Below are positions 34,696-46,867 of a stretch of DNA of 63,374 bases, one piece after another. The stretch covers positions 1 through 63,374 of the forward strand of contig JAMDHS010000110.1 in NCBI GenBank assembly GCA_029717555.1, read 5' to 3'. Source of the DNA: Peribolospora baueri. Taxonomy: Eukaryota. Numbering within the stretch: the first letter of the stretch is position 1; each line of letters begins with the position of its first letter. The position numbers and the translations under genes were made by a program. The notes beneath the pieces were generated by a model. That model was not told the DNA's origin, made no database searches, and worked only from the letters and a program-made list of their open reading frames with translations.

Positions 34696-36936
34696 TCAGT
34701 GAATGGGCACTTCCTGCTTGAGCTTCCAACCCAAAAGTTCAAACGTCGGCCAGGAGGTGAGGTCGTCGGTGTAATTGACGTTGTATGTCTGCACCTGCGA
34801 GTCGGAACGACGTACAGACGGTATGGTCAGGCACGTGCCCATCTCAACTCGGCCCAGACACCACTTTAAAAAAAAACACCCAGACCTACCTCGGAAAATT
34901 TTTTGAGCGCCTTGCGCCAGTAGCAAGCCGCCGAAGCGGGCGAGACGTACCGGTTACGGAAGAAGTCCCACGAGTCTGTCAGAATAGAATGGCAGACCGC
35001 GAAAAGGAGAGACGACGGCGAGAGTAAGGTGAGAGGACACTTCATCCAGGACGCGACCGCGGCGGCACCGCTCGACCTCGCCCTCAAGGCCCCCGCTCCA
35101 CTCACTATCAGCCACCTTCTTCGCCTTCCAGTCGTTCGCTATGAGATCGTCCATCACCTCAGAAAGGTGGTTCCACCCGTCCTCGAGACGATCGCTGTCG
35201 GTGGGCAGGATGACAATGTTCTGATCTAACGAGTTGGGGTCGCCGTTATAGAGGTGCGTCCAGTGCTGGATCCAGTGCGGAGGGTGGGTCACGATCACGG
35301 AACGGCAGTTCTGGAGGTACTTGAGTCGGCCGGAGTACGTCTCGCCTGGGGGAGAGGAACGCGGATGACAGATCAAAAGTGGAGAACCGGTGGCCGGTCA
35401 GATGACGCGCAACGACCATGCCTAGAGTGGCAGAGGAAGACCGCCGCCCGACTCACCTTCCGGGTAGCCGTGAAACTTCCACTTGCAGTGGTCCTCCATC
35501 GGCGTGTAGCCCTCGTTTGTCGACCAGACCAAAGGCTTGGCATCTGCCCAAGGCTTGCCGTGGGTGGCATTGAGGAAGTACTGGAGGAGAGAAAAACGCG
35601 GGGCGGTGAGCGAACGGAACTCGAGGACAAACGCGCGAGATTGCTCTTCTCGACGACGTCGCCCACCTTGCGATCTTCGGAGCCGACGTCGACGGCGCCT
35701 CTCCAGTAAAGCGTGTTGGTCTTGCCCTCCCACCCAATCTGATTCTCCAACCGCTCCGTCTTGACGCGCAGCTCATCGTAGGAGCCCACACCCGGCTCGG
35801 GCCAAGCGTAGAAGCCGTAGTCGGGCATGAGCCAGACGTCTAGGAGGTACGGCGCACGGTCGAGGGAGAACTTGCCCGTCGAGCCCCAGTCGTTGACGCC
35901 GATGCAGAATCTGTGAGACGGGGTGTGGGGGAGAAGGTCAGATGGGACGATGACGCGCGTGAGTAGAGCCAGGCGTGGATGCCGACATCGGACGAGCAAA
36001 TTGACCCACTCGACATTGGGGAGCTTTTCCGGGGCAGTGAGCACGCTCTGGGCGAGGAGAGCGAGGGCGGCGTTGGAGCGGGTGAAGACGGACTGCTGGT
36101 AGTACTTGAGGTAGAGCTACGTGGGAGCACGAGATAAGAAACGAGCCGAAAAAGGGCGGTCGACGAAGGATCGATGAGCAAACCAGCCGCCGCCGCCGTG
36201 GTCGTCGTTCGCCGACCCACCCGGTTGTTGTAGATGACGACCCTGGCGTGCGTCCAGATGCCGTCGTCGCACATCTTCTCCATGTACTCGTGCGTGTACC
36301 TTTGTGCAGAAGGGATGAAAACGGGGAATGAGACTGGAGCGGCGGGTGAAATCGAATCCCTCGTCTTTCCTGGGCGACCACTCACCCTCCCCTCTCCTCG
36401 TAGTACTTCTTGCTCCTCTCCAGATCCTCCCACAGCCCGGGGAAAGCGGCGTCGCACTGCTCTTCAGTCATCAAGAGGTTGTCGGGGTCGATGGGCGGCA
36501 GATCGCGCCATGACGCATACGTCGTCGGGCTCGTCTCCGAGCCGGTGGCCGAGGCGCCGAAGTAGTGACCATAGGAAGAGCGCCAGCTGGGGTTGGAGAG
36601 CGAGGACGGATGGGTGACGGCGAAGAGGATGAGGAGGACGACGGCAACGATACCGCCGTCTGTAGGTCCGTGAACGAGGGTGGACGGCGAGGATAGGGAC
36701 AACAAGAGGGCGGCGGTCAGAAGATGGGCGTGTTTCAGACACCCGGCACACGCCGCCGCCGTCGCCGTCGTCGCATTCGATGGGATGGATCGACGAGCCA
36801 TCCATCGTTAGTCGCGCAAAAGTCTAACTAACTCACAAGCCAGGTACCTCGTCCTCTTGGGTGCCGACTGGTGGAACTGCTGGATGTTGGTCGGCAGGAG
36901 CTCGTAAGCGCCGGAGGTGTTCCAGAACTTGAACAT
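34696..36936 (-). CDS. Glycosyltransferase family 90 (CAP10/KDELC-like), type II membrane protein; multi-exon
   Basis: TM IVAVVLLILFAV, WLMPDYGFYAWPE, LYWRGA, EDHCKWKF...EGETYSGRLKYLQNCRSV, FFRNRYVSPASAACYW. Start MFKFW inferred. Confidence 0.87.
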
Positions 36937-38800
36937 GGCTGGCTGACGAGCGGATGGACGAGACGAGACGGACGGGTCTGTCTGTCTGCCTGTCTGTCTG
37001 TCTACGTGTCTGTATCTGTCTGTCTGTCGGGGAGTGTGTTGTGTCGGGTCGGTGTGTCAGTCGGACTTGCGGGGTGGAGAGGAGGGGCGGACGACTGCGG
37101 CGGGAGGCGGCGAAGAAGGATGGATGGCGAGGAGGCTGGCTGCTGTCAAAAGAGAGGAGGCTGGGCGAGGGCTGAGGGGAAGGGGAAGGGATAAGCGAAG
37201 GAGGAAGGAAGGAAGGAAAAAGAAAGATGATGGGAAGATGGGAGAGTGGTGGTGGACGGAGAGATGGATGGAAGGACAGAAGGACGACGACGCAAGGGAT
37301 CGGTCAGTTTGGCGGAGGAAGATTGGACGAACGACTGACTTCTTCTTTCTCTCGACATGGACGAACCGAACCGAACGACGGCCCGCGACGGCGGGAGGAC
37401 TACTTTACAGCTGCCGTTTCAGTCTCGCCACGACTCCAACTCCAAATTGTCCGTCGACGGGCGTCCCCGAGCGACACAACCTACAGCTTGGAGCCGCGCT
37501 GGCTGAGCGTAGACAGCACATGCACTACTGCGTAGACTCCATCTACGCTCCATCTACGCTCGGAAGGAAAAAAAAAAAAAAAGAGAAAAGAGGGCCGGTC
37601 TGTCGCACATCGAACCGCCAGCGGACCCGCCCAGCCGAACGCTTCCTCTTGGCACCGCGTCTCTCTTCGCAGCACCGGATACGGCCGGACACCAAGCGTC
37701 GTGTTGGCCGCGCCCTCAGCGAGGCAGCGCAGCGCCGGGTCTTTTGAAGACCAGCGTCGAGCTCGGGCTTGGACGGACGTGCCTGGCCCCGGCGAGTGGA
37801 CGACTGCGTCGCCGGTGGCTCAAGCAAGGTCTTTCTTTGCACGGCGGTGGGAGAGGAGGATGGTTACATCGATGACGCACGACACGAGCGTTTCTCGCTC
37901 GACGATGGAACGAAAGCCGCCGGCTGCCTTCTCGCGATTCGATTCGCGATGGATGGAAGAAAGCAGGCAAGGCGAGGGACAGACGTCATCCTCGTTTCCG
38001 TACTTACCGCAGCACACCTCTTCCGTCCACGCTCTGTCCGTCGCTGAGAGAAGAGTCACGTTATTATGGTCCGTGCTTCCTAAGCCTGCCAGCAATACTC
38101 TGTTCGAGTGCACCCTCAGGAGAACGAACGAGCGCAGGGGCTCCTCGACCCAATGCCCCCTGCCCGGAGCTGACCGCTTCCATTTCCATTTCTCCTGTCG
38201 ATAATGCCCCAATTGTAGAACACGGCGCTCCTGCGAACCTCAAGCAAGCCAGCGCTCACTTTCAAGTGGACCCCTCTTCGCAGGCCTCCAACATGGACTG
38301 TCCTCGGTTTCACGATCGCACCTCGCCCATCGTCGTCGCCCTCTTCCCCTTGTGTGCGTCCGCACCGAGCATCGAATGCTCGCTTAGGGACGACGGCCTG
38401 ACGTGACCGAGTCTCCTCACTCGTTAACTCACGGCTTTTCCTTCGTCCTTCGAGGGGAGCTCGGTGCCGAGAACGAGGAGAGGAGAACCATAAAGACGGA
38501 TGGACGATGCGATGGTCTCGGCGTGTACTACTGTCAGAAGAGTGGCCAAGCAGTGCCACACATGCTAGTGGATGGTTGACAATGTCAGTAACAAGTGGGC
38601 TCCCCAGCAGGGCGAGCCGATCCACGCTGAGTAAGATGCTCAGGGGCAATCAATATCGATAAAAGTCGCTGGCGCCTTGCACTCTCACCGTATCGACTCA
38701 AACTCCACTACCACTCCGGCAGCAGCAATTCTCAGGCCGACGCCTAGTCCCGCCGCGCTGATCTTTGTAAAGGGGGGAAAGCGTCCGAGTCTGCACCACA

Positions 38801-39074
38801 AGGCGGTTGAATGCGTCGTTGGTGAAGAAATGATAGGAGTCCTCACAGCTATAAATAAATTCTTCTGCTTGGTCCTGCTTCCTTTCGCGGCCATGGGGAG
38901 GGAGGACGGTGATGGGAACTAGCTGTTGAATGATTGGGGCGGCAGTAACCACTCTCGTCCTCCCCAGCCTAAGCGCTTCGATGGCCGCGAAAGGAAGCGG
39001 GACCAAGCAGAAGAATTTATTTACAGCTGTGAGGACTCCTATCATTTCTTCACCAACGACGCATTCAACCGCCT
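38801..39074. repeat. Long inverted repeat: 94-bp arms (38801-38894 and 38981-39074), 2 mismatches, 86-bp spacer
   Basis: Arms compared base by base; they differ only at an a/g and a t/c position. Confidence 0.95.
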
Positions 39075-39200
39075 ATATTGAATACAGGTTTCCACACAGA
39101 GCGCAACTCGAGGACCACCTCGACAGGGCTTGTCCGACAATCAAGATAACTCTGATCTTTGACCTGGCTGTTGGCGAGGACAGAGCTACGAGATGGACAA
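38968..39200 (+). mobile_element. Decayed Ty3/Gypsy Gag-like fragment
   Basis: PKRFDG..K..QAEEFIYSCEDSYHFF followed, in another frame, by KITLIFDLAVGEDRATRW; resembles the P..FDG..F...CE..F / KI...L.G.A..W capsid pattern. Confidence 0.45.
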
Positions 39201-42200
39201 ACAAACAAGAGTACGGCCACTCGCCTAGTATGCCGGCTTCTCAGCCAGACTCGGAGGTGGTTCAACAAGAACGACGAGGACTATTTCGGTTTCAACTCGT
39301 CCGCCGCGCAAGTGACCCCGCCCCCGCTCACCGAGGGGATGCAGTCGCTCGACACGTCCGATTACCGAGGTGTACAGGCCTGGCCCTCGCTACACAACCA
39401 GGACGACGACGACGACGCATATCCCTTCCCGCTCAATAACAAAGGCCCACCCCAGCAGGTCGCGCTCCGGCTCGGCAGTGTGCTACGGAGTGAGCACGCC
39501 CGGTAGCGCGGGCGGTGCAAACGGGGTCAGGACGAATGCTTTGAGCGAGGGCAGCCTGCAGAAGGCTGGTCAGGCGCTCAGTCATCACAGCAATGGCGCG
39601 TTTGGTTAACAGGAGTCAACCAGCTGTCTCGTCCCAGGGAGAAGATGCGGCGGCGTAAAATGTACACAAACGAACCGGACCGAGCGGACATTGCCGTCGT
39701 CGTCGTCGAAGGCGAGTAGCGAGGTGGACGAGCAACACGTCCGTCAGCAGGCCCATCCCGGCATCGCGCAGCCGCACGGTCGATGGTTGAGGTTGCAGAG
39801 AACAAAACGCCGGTCATGAGCTCGATAGGGTCGAGGACGTCACAGAGCGCCCACCCTCCCGCGCCCCCCGTGCTCACATGCCGATGGTCGGGAGGATACT
39901 TGTGGTGATGAGGCTTGTCGCAAAGGCCGCCCCGCCGCCGGGGGGCGCTGGAAGCTCTGCTGGCACAGCACGTCTGTCGGAATAGGTCAAAGCAATTGCC
40001 CTGGCAAACGTGCAGAATGTGAGAGGGAAGGTGCACGGGTGGGAGGAAGAGAACAGAAAGAAGAGCATATCGCCAGAGAGACGAGTAGGAGGTGTCCGGT
40101 GCATGCAACAAATCCGACGTTCCAACGGATTCCTGCGGTGGCTCGTTCCGGACCCTTTGACGGCCCTGTCCGAGCGGCGAGACGAGAGAGAAGAAGCGCG
40201 TCTCCACGCTGTCGCTGGCAAAGACAAGCTGTTAGCCGTAGAAGTGAACCAAGCGCGCGTGGCGGACATCGGCTGACAAGAGGAACGGTGGGGTGACTGA
40301 GTCAACTAACTGCCAACGGCGTGCCAGTAAGTCTCAACACGAAGGAGCGCTTGAGCGGACGAACGCCGCGAGGTTGGGAGGGGACCTAAGTCGGTGGAAT
40401 GGCAGACGCTCATGAGCGTCGGCGACGGGCTGCGGGGCGAGTCGAGCTGAGCCGGCGCTCGTTGCTACGCTCGCTGCTTTTCGAGGGCTGGGCGGGGACT
40501 CTGGGGTGGAAGGCATTGATTGACAAGGAGGACGACGCTCATGAGACGTGAGCCGAGCGAGCGGTCGTCCGCGTCGTCCCATTGCCCTCGCTTCGCCTCG
40601 CCATCGCCATTGCCATCGGCGTTTGTGACTGTTTGACGCCGCGGATCGGTGGCGCATGGATGCTAGCTGATCCTATCATTCGCATTGAGCGCCCGCCCTG
40701 CCCTGGTGACGAGGAGGCGCCGCTTGACGACCGCTACCGTCCCTGAACGTTGGTCGGACTCGGCTGCTTTGCCGCCCTCATCGTCCATCTGGCCGTTCCT
40801 CTCTGGAGCGACGCGCCGCTGGGGAGACGCCTTGTTGGGCGGGCGAACGAGCGAACGCAATTCGGCTGGCGCCGTGCGAGCCGCTTCAAGTACTTGAGCC
40901 CGGCCGTGTCCGGTCCGGTAGTCAAGCAAAGCCAAGCCAAGCAAGTTAGTGTATCCAAGTCGATATGAAATGAACACAGAAGATGCGCTCAATTTGGAGC
41001 CCGCCCTGACCGGCGCCGCTCGGCGGGCGGATCCGCCCCGCCCGCGTCCATCCGTGCCTCCTATCCATCTTTTCATCCATCCATCCATCCACTGTTTCGG
41101 GTTCCATCCATGCGGCGGCCAGCCGGCCGCCCGCGGAGTGGAAATGGACGAGGGGGGGAGCGATCGATTAGGTGGATCGACAGATGGGCGGCGGGAAATG
41201 GGATGGGCGAGAGCGCGGGCGAGAGGCCAGCTTGGCCGTGGCTTGCTGGAAGAAGAGAAGGGAGAAGAGAAGGGAAGGGAAGCTCAAAAAATGAAAAGAA
41301 AAGACGAACGGCACGGTCAGAGATCCGTCCATCAAGAGAAAGCACTCGTCGTCGGCCCCCTTCTTTGCCTTCTTTCTTCGCCCGTGCGGCGTAATTAGTT
41401 GTACGAGCGTGCGCATCCATCGCAGCGGCAAGAAGCAAGGTTCGTACGAAGGAAGTCGGCGCTCTTCCCGTCGTCCTCCCGTCCTCTCTCCCCCTTTCTT
41501 CCCCGTCGCCTCGCCTGGCCCCCACTCCGCAGCTCACTCCGTCTCTCTCGAGCTTTTCTAGCTTTGTTTGAACAAGGCCACGCCAACGCGCGGCGGCGCC
41601 TCCCATCGTCCCATCGTCCTACCGTCTCGTCTCCTCCGCGTCCGTCCGTCCGTCTCAAGCTCACTCACCAAGCCTCGACTCGACTCGACGCACACATCTT
41701 TCTCTTCCTCGCCTCCCCTTCTTCCCCCACCCTGGATATCCAGCGTCCCCTCCCGTGTTTTCATCAGCCCGCCCGCGCGAGCTGCCTTGCCTTGCACTCC
41801 CAACCACACCTTCCGAGACGATGTGAGACGGCGTTCAGTTCAGATGAAATCGACGACGCCTCCCACGGGAAGGGCCGATCCCCCCTCCGCCTTCCCCCCC
41901 ACAACACAGCCAGGCCGACGTCGAATTACGACCGACGCAGACGGACGACGACGAGGGAGCAAGGAGCCAGGGGGCATGTAATTAGGACGTGAGCGTTCGT
42001 TTCGTGTTTCGTGTACCGTGTCGTGAGAAGAAGCAAACAGGGGTTTAGCGTACAAACAAGCGATGTCACGCCAACAAATGATGGCCGACGGGCAAAGGGA
42101 GAACAAACAGTTGGGATGAGGTGAGAAGAGAACGGGGGCAGGGCGGGGCATGGTCGAGGACACACGTACCCGATATGACACGACACATGACTACACGATA

Positions 42201-42429
42201 CGACATGCGACCACACGACAAGAAAAGACCTCGGAGACGAAAAAAGAAAAAGAAGGGGCCCATGGGACCGTTGGTTGGAAGGCAAGAAAAGAAGCAGACC
42301 CAGAGCAGAGGGGTAACCAGATATAGGGTAGGGTTCGTTGGTGGGAATATCGTCCGTCGGAAAAAAAAAGCCGACTTTCGACCGTCGCTCTCCTTCGCCC
42401 TCCGTCTTTCTCCACGCGGCACCCCACCG

Positions 42430-44881
42430 CTACACCGCCTGCGCCTGCGCCTGACGTGCTCCATTGACGCTGCTCTTCCCCACTCCACCGCCACCGCCAC
42501 CACCCGCTTCCTTCTCCTCCTCCCTCGCGTCCCCAATCCCCGCAGCCGTCTGGACATCCGGCTCCGGCTCGACCTCGCCGTCGTCAAACTCGGTATCCGC
42601 CTTCTTCCGCTTCTTCTTGTCGTTCCGCACCGGAATCTTGACGCCTTGGGACTGAGCCGACAGGGGGGAGCATGGTAAGAAAAAGGGACGACGACGGCGC
42701 TGTCCGACCGCAGACTCACCGCCAGCTTCCTCGATAACGGCGTCGGGTCGACCATGCCGGGAAACCTGCGAGGTGAGTAGACGGCTATCGGGGAGGGAGA
42801 GGCACAGAAAATGCCAAGAGAGGAAGGTGAGCGAGCGGCCGCGTAGTCGTCTCGTCGGGAGTAGTACTCACTGAACGGCTCGGTGTAGCACTCGGCCAGA
42901 GCGGAGGTGGTGCCCGTGTTAATACGACCGTTCCTGACGGAAAAGCGAACGGATGAGAAAGGTCGTGGGAAACGAGACGAACGGACGGACATGACTCACA
43001 ACTCGAGCGAAGCAAACGTCAACCGAAGCCTGTACACGCCCTCGGTACGGACGCTGATATCTTGAAGGACAAAAAAGATACCGTGGTCGCCGTGGTCGTC
43101 GTAGAGGGTGTTGGCGCTGGCGACAGAACTGCCGACGAGGTTGCGCGTGTATGACTCGGTTGTCGCTGGGAGCAGGACTGACTGTGCGCTCGGAGGCGGC
43201 GGAGGTGGGGCGTGGGCGTACGCCGCATGCGGGGGCGGACGCGGAGGCTGGCCGGGTAGCTCGAGAGACGAGAGCGAGGGTAAGGACGCGCGTCCCGGGG
43301 GCGGTGGAGGGCCCATGGGTGAGTGAGCATACGGGTGGTGGGGCGAAGGAACGTGGAAGGGAGGTGCGTTGACAGAGCCGGGGGTGAAGCGTGGGGGAGG
43401 ATGCATTTCACCAGTGCCTTCCGATACGACGGTCGATCGAAACTCTGGATCGTAGTCGAACATCCATTGCTCTCCTGGGCCGAACGGCTCGGAATGATGA
43501 GCCGGCGGCCGTGCTTCCGACGAAGGCGGCCGTGCTTCGGGAGGTTGGACATAGTGGTGCTGGGCGCCGTAGATCTGGGCGGTGGAATGCCGGTGGACCA
43601 AGAGGTTCTTCGGGGTGCCGTACATGTCGTCCGGATGGCACAGGTCGGCGGCGAGGAAGAAGAGGGACGAGTTGACCTCGCTGTTCGCGGCGAGAGGACC
43701 CAAAAGGCGAGTGGTGATGTGAGCTACGCCGCGCGGAGCGGAACAGACGGTTGGCGAGAGGAGACGACGCGACCGGCTCACCTGGGTGGGATCTGTCGAC
43801 CGGTGATGACGTCAACGACATACAGCCGGACGATCAACGTCGGGCTCAAAGGTCTGCGGTCCTAGAACGGAGAGTGTAAAAGAACGGAGAGTGTAAAAAA
43901 GCGTCAGGGGAGGGACGGAAGCGACGGGAGAAAGGCGTCGTCGTATTTACCTTGTCACCAAAACCGCACATTCTCGCCCTCGTGGGGTTCTGCACGACGT
44001 GTAATTCGTACCTCCTGCAAGGGCCGAGTGAGAGTGGCGAACGGAGAGTGAGCGGACGATATCGATGAGAAGACAAGGAGAACCAAAGCAAGAGCAAAAA
44101 AAGACAAAGGAGAACCAAAGCAAGAGCAAAAAAAACGACAAAAGACAGACCTGTCATCGCGTATGCCAGAAAAGCCCTTGAGCAAGCGTTGGACGTCCTC
44201 CTCTCGACTCGGTCGGCGCTCCTCCCTCTGGCTCTGCTGCTGTCCTTCCGACGTGGCCGGGGGCGGCGGAGGGGCGTCAGCGGAAGAAACGGGGCGCGGG
44301 GCGGGCAGGCCGGAGGGGCGGGCAGCAGTAGCGGCGCCTCGGGCCGACGAGGACGAGGACGAGGAGGTGGCCATCGGCGGCGGCTGAGGCGGATAGTAAG
44401 GCTGACCGTAGGCGAGTAGGGGTCCGCCCGGGGGATGATGCATCTGGACGGGATAATAGGAGGACGGTCCGGAGCCGGACCTCAAGCGCGATTGGACGGG
44501 TTCCAAGGACGAGGAGGAAGAGGATGACGACGGCGGCCGGTCGTCGCGGTAGTGGGACAAAGGGCTGAGATAGGTGAGCGGCGGGGGAGGAGGCTGCATG
44601 GACGACGACAGCTGGACCGCACCGGGTGCGCCTTGGGGATGGGACGAGCGGGCGTACGTGGAGGGCATGAAGTATTGTCCGGTGCTCGCGCGTCGATCTT
44701 GTGTGGGATGGTAGTGGACGACGTCGTCGCCCGGTTCGGTGCGCGGGGACGGAAAGGACGGCGGGGATCGCACGCCCAAGTCGGCGGCGGCCTGCCGTTC
44801 GCGCGACGTCCGGGCTCGAGAGAGCGGGGGCGAGGAAGACGAGGACCGTCGCGGAAGCTCTGAAGAATGCAGACCGGTCAT
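42430..44881 (-). CDS. Velvet-domain regulator with C-terminal, insertion-split velvet domain; multi-exon
   Basis: YELHVVQNPTRARMCGFGDK|DRRPLSP, TRNLVGS, GIFFVLQDISVRTEGVYRL, VYSPRRFPGM...TPLSRKLA|SQGVKIPVR, basic KKKRKK. Confidence 0.92.
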
Positions 44882-45964
44882 GGCCAGCGAGCGAACGAAG
44901 CAGGCCGGCCGGTTGTCGTCGTCCTTGAGGGGAAGGGGGGGAAAGGGGGAAGGAAGAGGAACGGGAGGCTCGGGTCAGCGGGGGGTGCAAGAAAGGAGGG
45001 CGGTGGAAGGGAAAACGAAGACGGGTGGAGGGAGGAGAGAGAGGGAGACAGAGAAAGAAGAGGAAATGAAATGGAATGCGGAGGCCGACGACGACGAAGA
45101 CGCATCCGTTCGTCGGCCGTGCACCGCCGGCGGTCGTTCAGTCGCCCAGGCCCCGCTCGTTGGTCGACCGGAGGGGGGAGGGAAGGAGAGAGAGAGGGGC
45201 CCGACGAAGAGACAGAAATGACGAGACGAAGACGGGCGGCTTGGACGGTTGGACAGGGGACGAGTGCGATCGAAGAGCAGGAAGGGGGGATGGTACGATA
45301 TGGTATGGTACTGTACGAGCGAGCAGCGACGACCGACGACGGCCACCCGACCCGTCCGCCGGTCCGCCGCCGCCGTCGGACATATTTTCTCCCAGTGTGG
45401 GCGCCAACTGGACTGGACTGGACTGGCCTGACTGGCGAAGCGTTCGTGCCGGAACCATCCATGTCAGACATGGCGAGAGCGGGAACCGGAACCTGACCCT
45501 CTTCTTGTCTCGTATCGCTCGCCCCCGCTTGTCTCGTCTTCTCATCCGTTGTCCTTGCTCCACTTCACTTCTGTTCTCTTCTCTTCAGTTGTCTTCTCTT
45601 GTCTTCTTCTCTCCTCTCCTCTTCATCCCCTCCTCTCCATCCCTCCTCGCAATCGCGACTCCCCGACCGACGGACCTGGGGCGGGCGGCGGTGCCTGAAC
45701 CGGTCGAGTGGCGCGAGTGGGGGAGAGGGAGAAGGAGCGGGGAGATGGTAGGGAGTCGAGATCGAAAGAAAAGAAAGAAAGAGAGAGTGCGGGTGTATGT
45801 GCGTATGTATCTATGGACTGCACGGCACGGCCAGGGCGCCCACGCTGGTCGGCCTGCCGCGGAGAGCCGGCGATCGCGCCGGGGAGCCAGCGATGCGAGA
45901 GGAAGAGGAAGAGGAGACGGAGGAAGAATAGAAGAGAGGAGGAGGAGACGTAACTCGGATTGCA

Positions 45965-46210
45965 CTGACTGACTTTGACTTGGTTTGACTTGCCTTGACT
46001 TGACTTGATTTGGCTTGGCTTGGCTGGGGCTCGGCGGGCTCGGGGGCGGAGATGCGCGCGGCTGGAAGAGCGGCAGCCGGAAATGGCGGCGGAGGGGGGT
46101 TAAAGGAAGAAGGAGAAGGAGGCCAAGGCGAGCGAAGGAAGGCGTGGTCGACGTGGGTGGAGGGCGAGGGTCGAGAAGAAGTCAATGTCAGTGTCAGTGT
46201 CAGTGTCAGT
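45965..46210. repeat. Short tandem repeats (TGACT/TGGCT)n and (TGTCAG)n upstream of the velvet gene
   Basis: Pentamer run about 45965-46025; hexamer run about 46186-46210. Confidence 0.7.
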
Positions 46211-46867
46211 CGTCTGAGCGTAACCCGAGCCAAGGGAACAACAAGCCTTAAGCTAAGTTAAGCCAGCCAGGGCGGGTTGACGCGGGCGAGGCGGACACAG
46301 ACTCAACTCAGATTCGACTCGGCTCATCGGCTCCATCTCGAAGCGGCACTGCACTCGCTCAACTTACATCCATCCATCCTTTCAGCATCCACATCCATCC
46401 TTCCATCCTCCATCTCATCCACGTGCATCCTCCATCTCCCTGCCTGCGTATCCCCGAGACCGCCCTGCTCTGCCAGTGCAGGAGCGGGGCGAGCGGCTGG
46501 CTAGTCGGATTCGACTCGAAGACGAATCAGATAGCTAGATGGATCGATGGATAGGAAGATAGATGGATAGGATGGATATTAGATCAACGCCGCTTCCTCA
46601 TTATTATCGTGCCCGATCCATCACAGTCGTCGTGCCGTGGGATGATACAAGGTATATCATAAAATCCGACACCGCCGGCCGGCGTACGTACGAAAGCAAA
46701 AGCTACGCTTCGGTAGCCAAGGATGTCGAGCGAGCGAGCGAGCCACACGGAAGCGGAAACGAAAGCGAAGAATAGCAAAGCACGGCAAAGAACGGCAAAA
46801 GAAAAGCCGGTCTATGAGACCATACGGCAAGACGACAGACAGACACATAGACACACACACACCCCGT

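Noticed and set aside
39500..42400. Numerous 60-210 aa ORFs
   Set aside because: Arg/Pro/Ser-rich GC-driven frames on both strands with no recognisable motifs.
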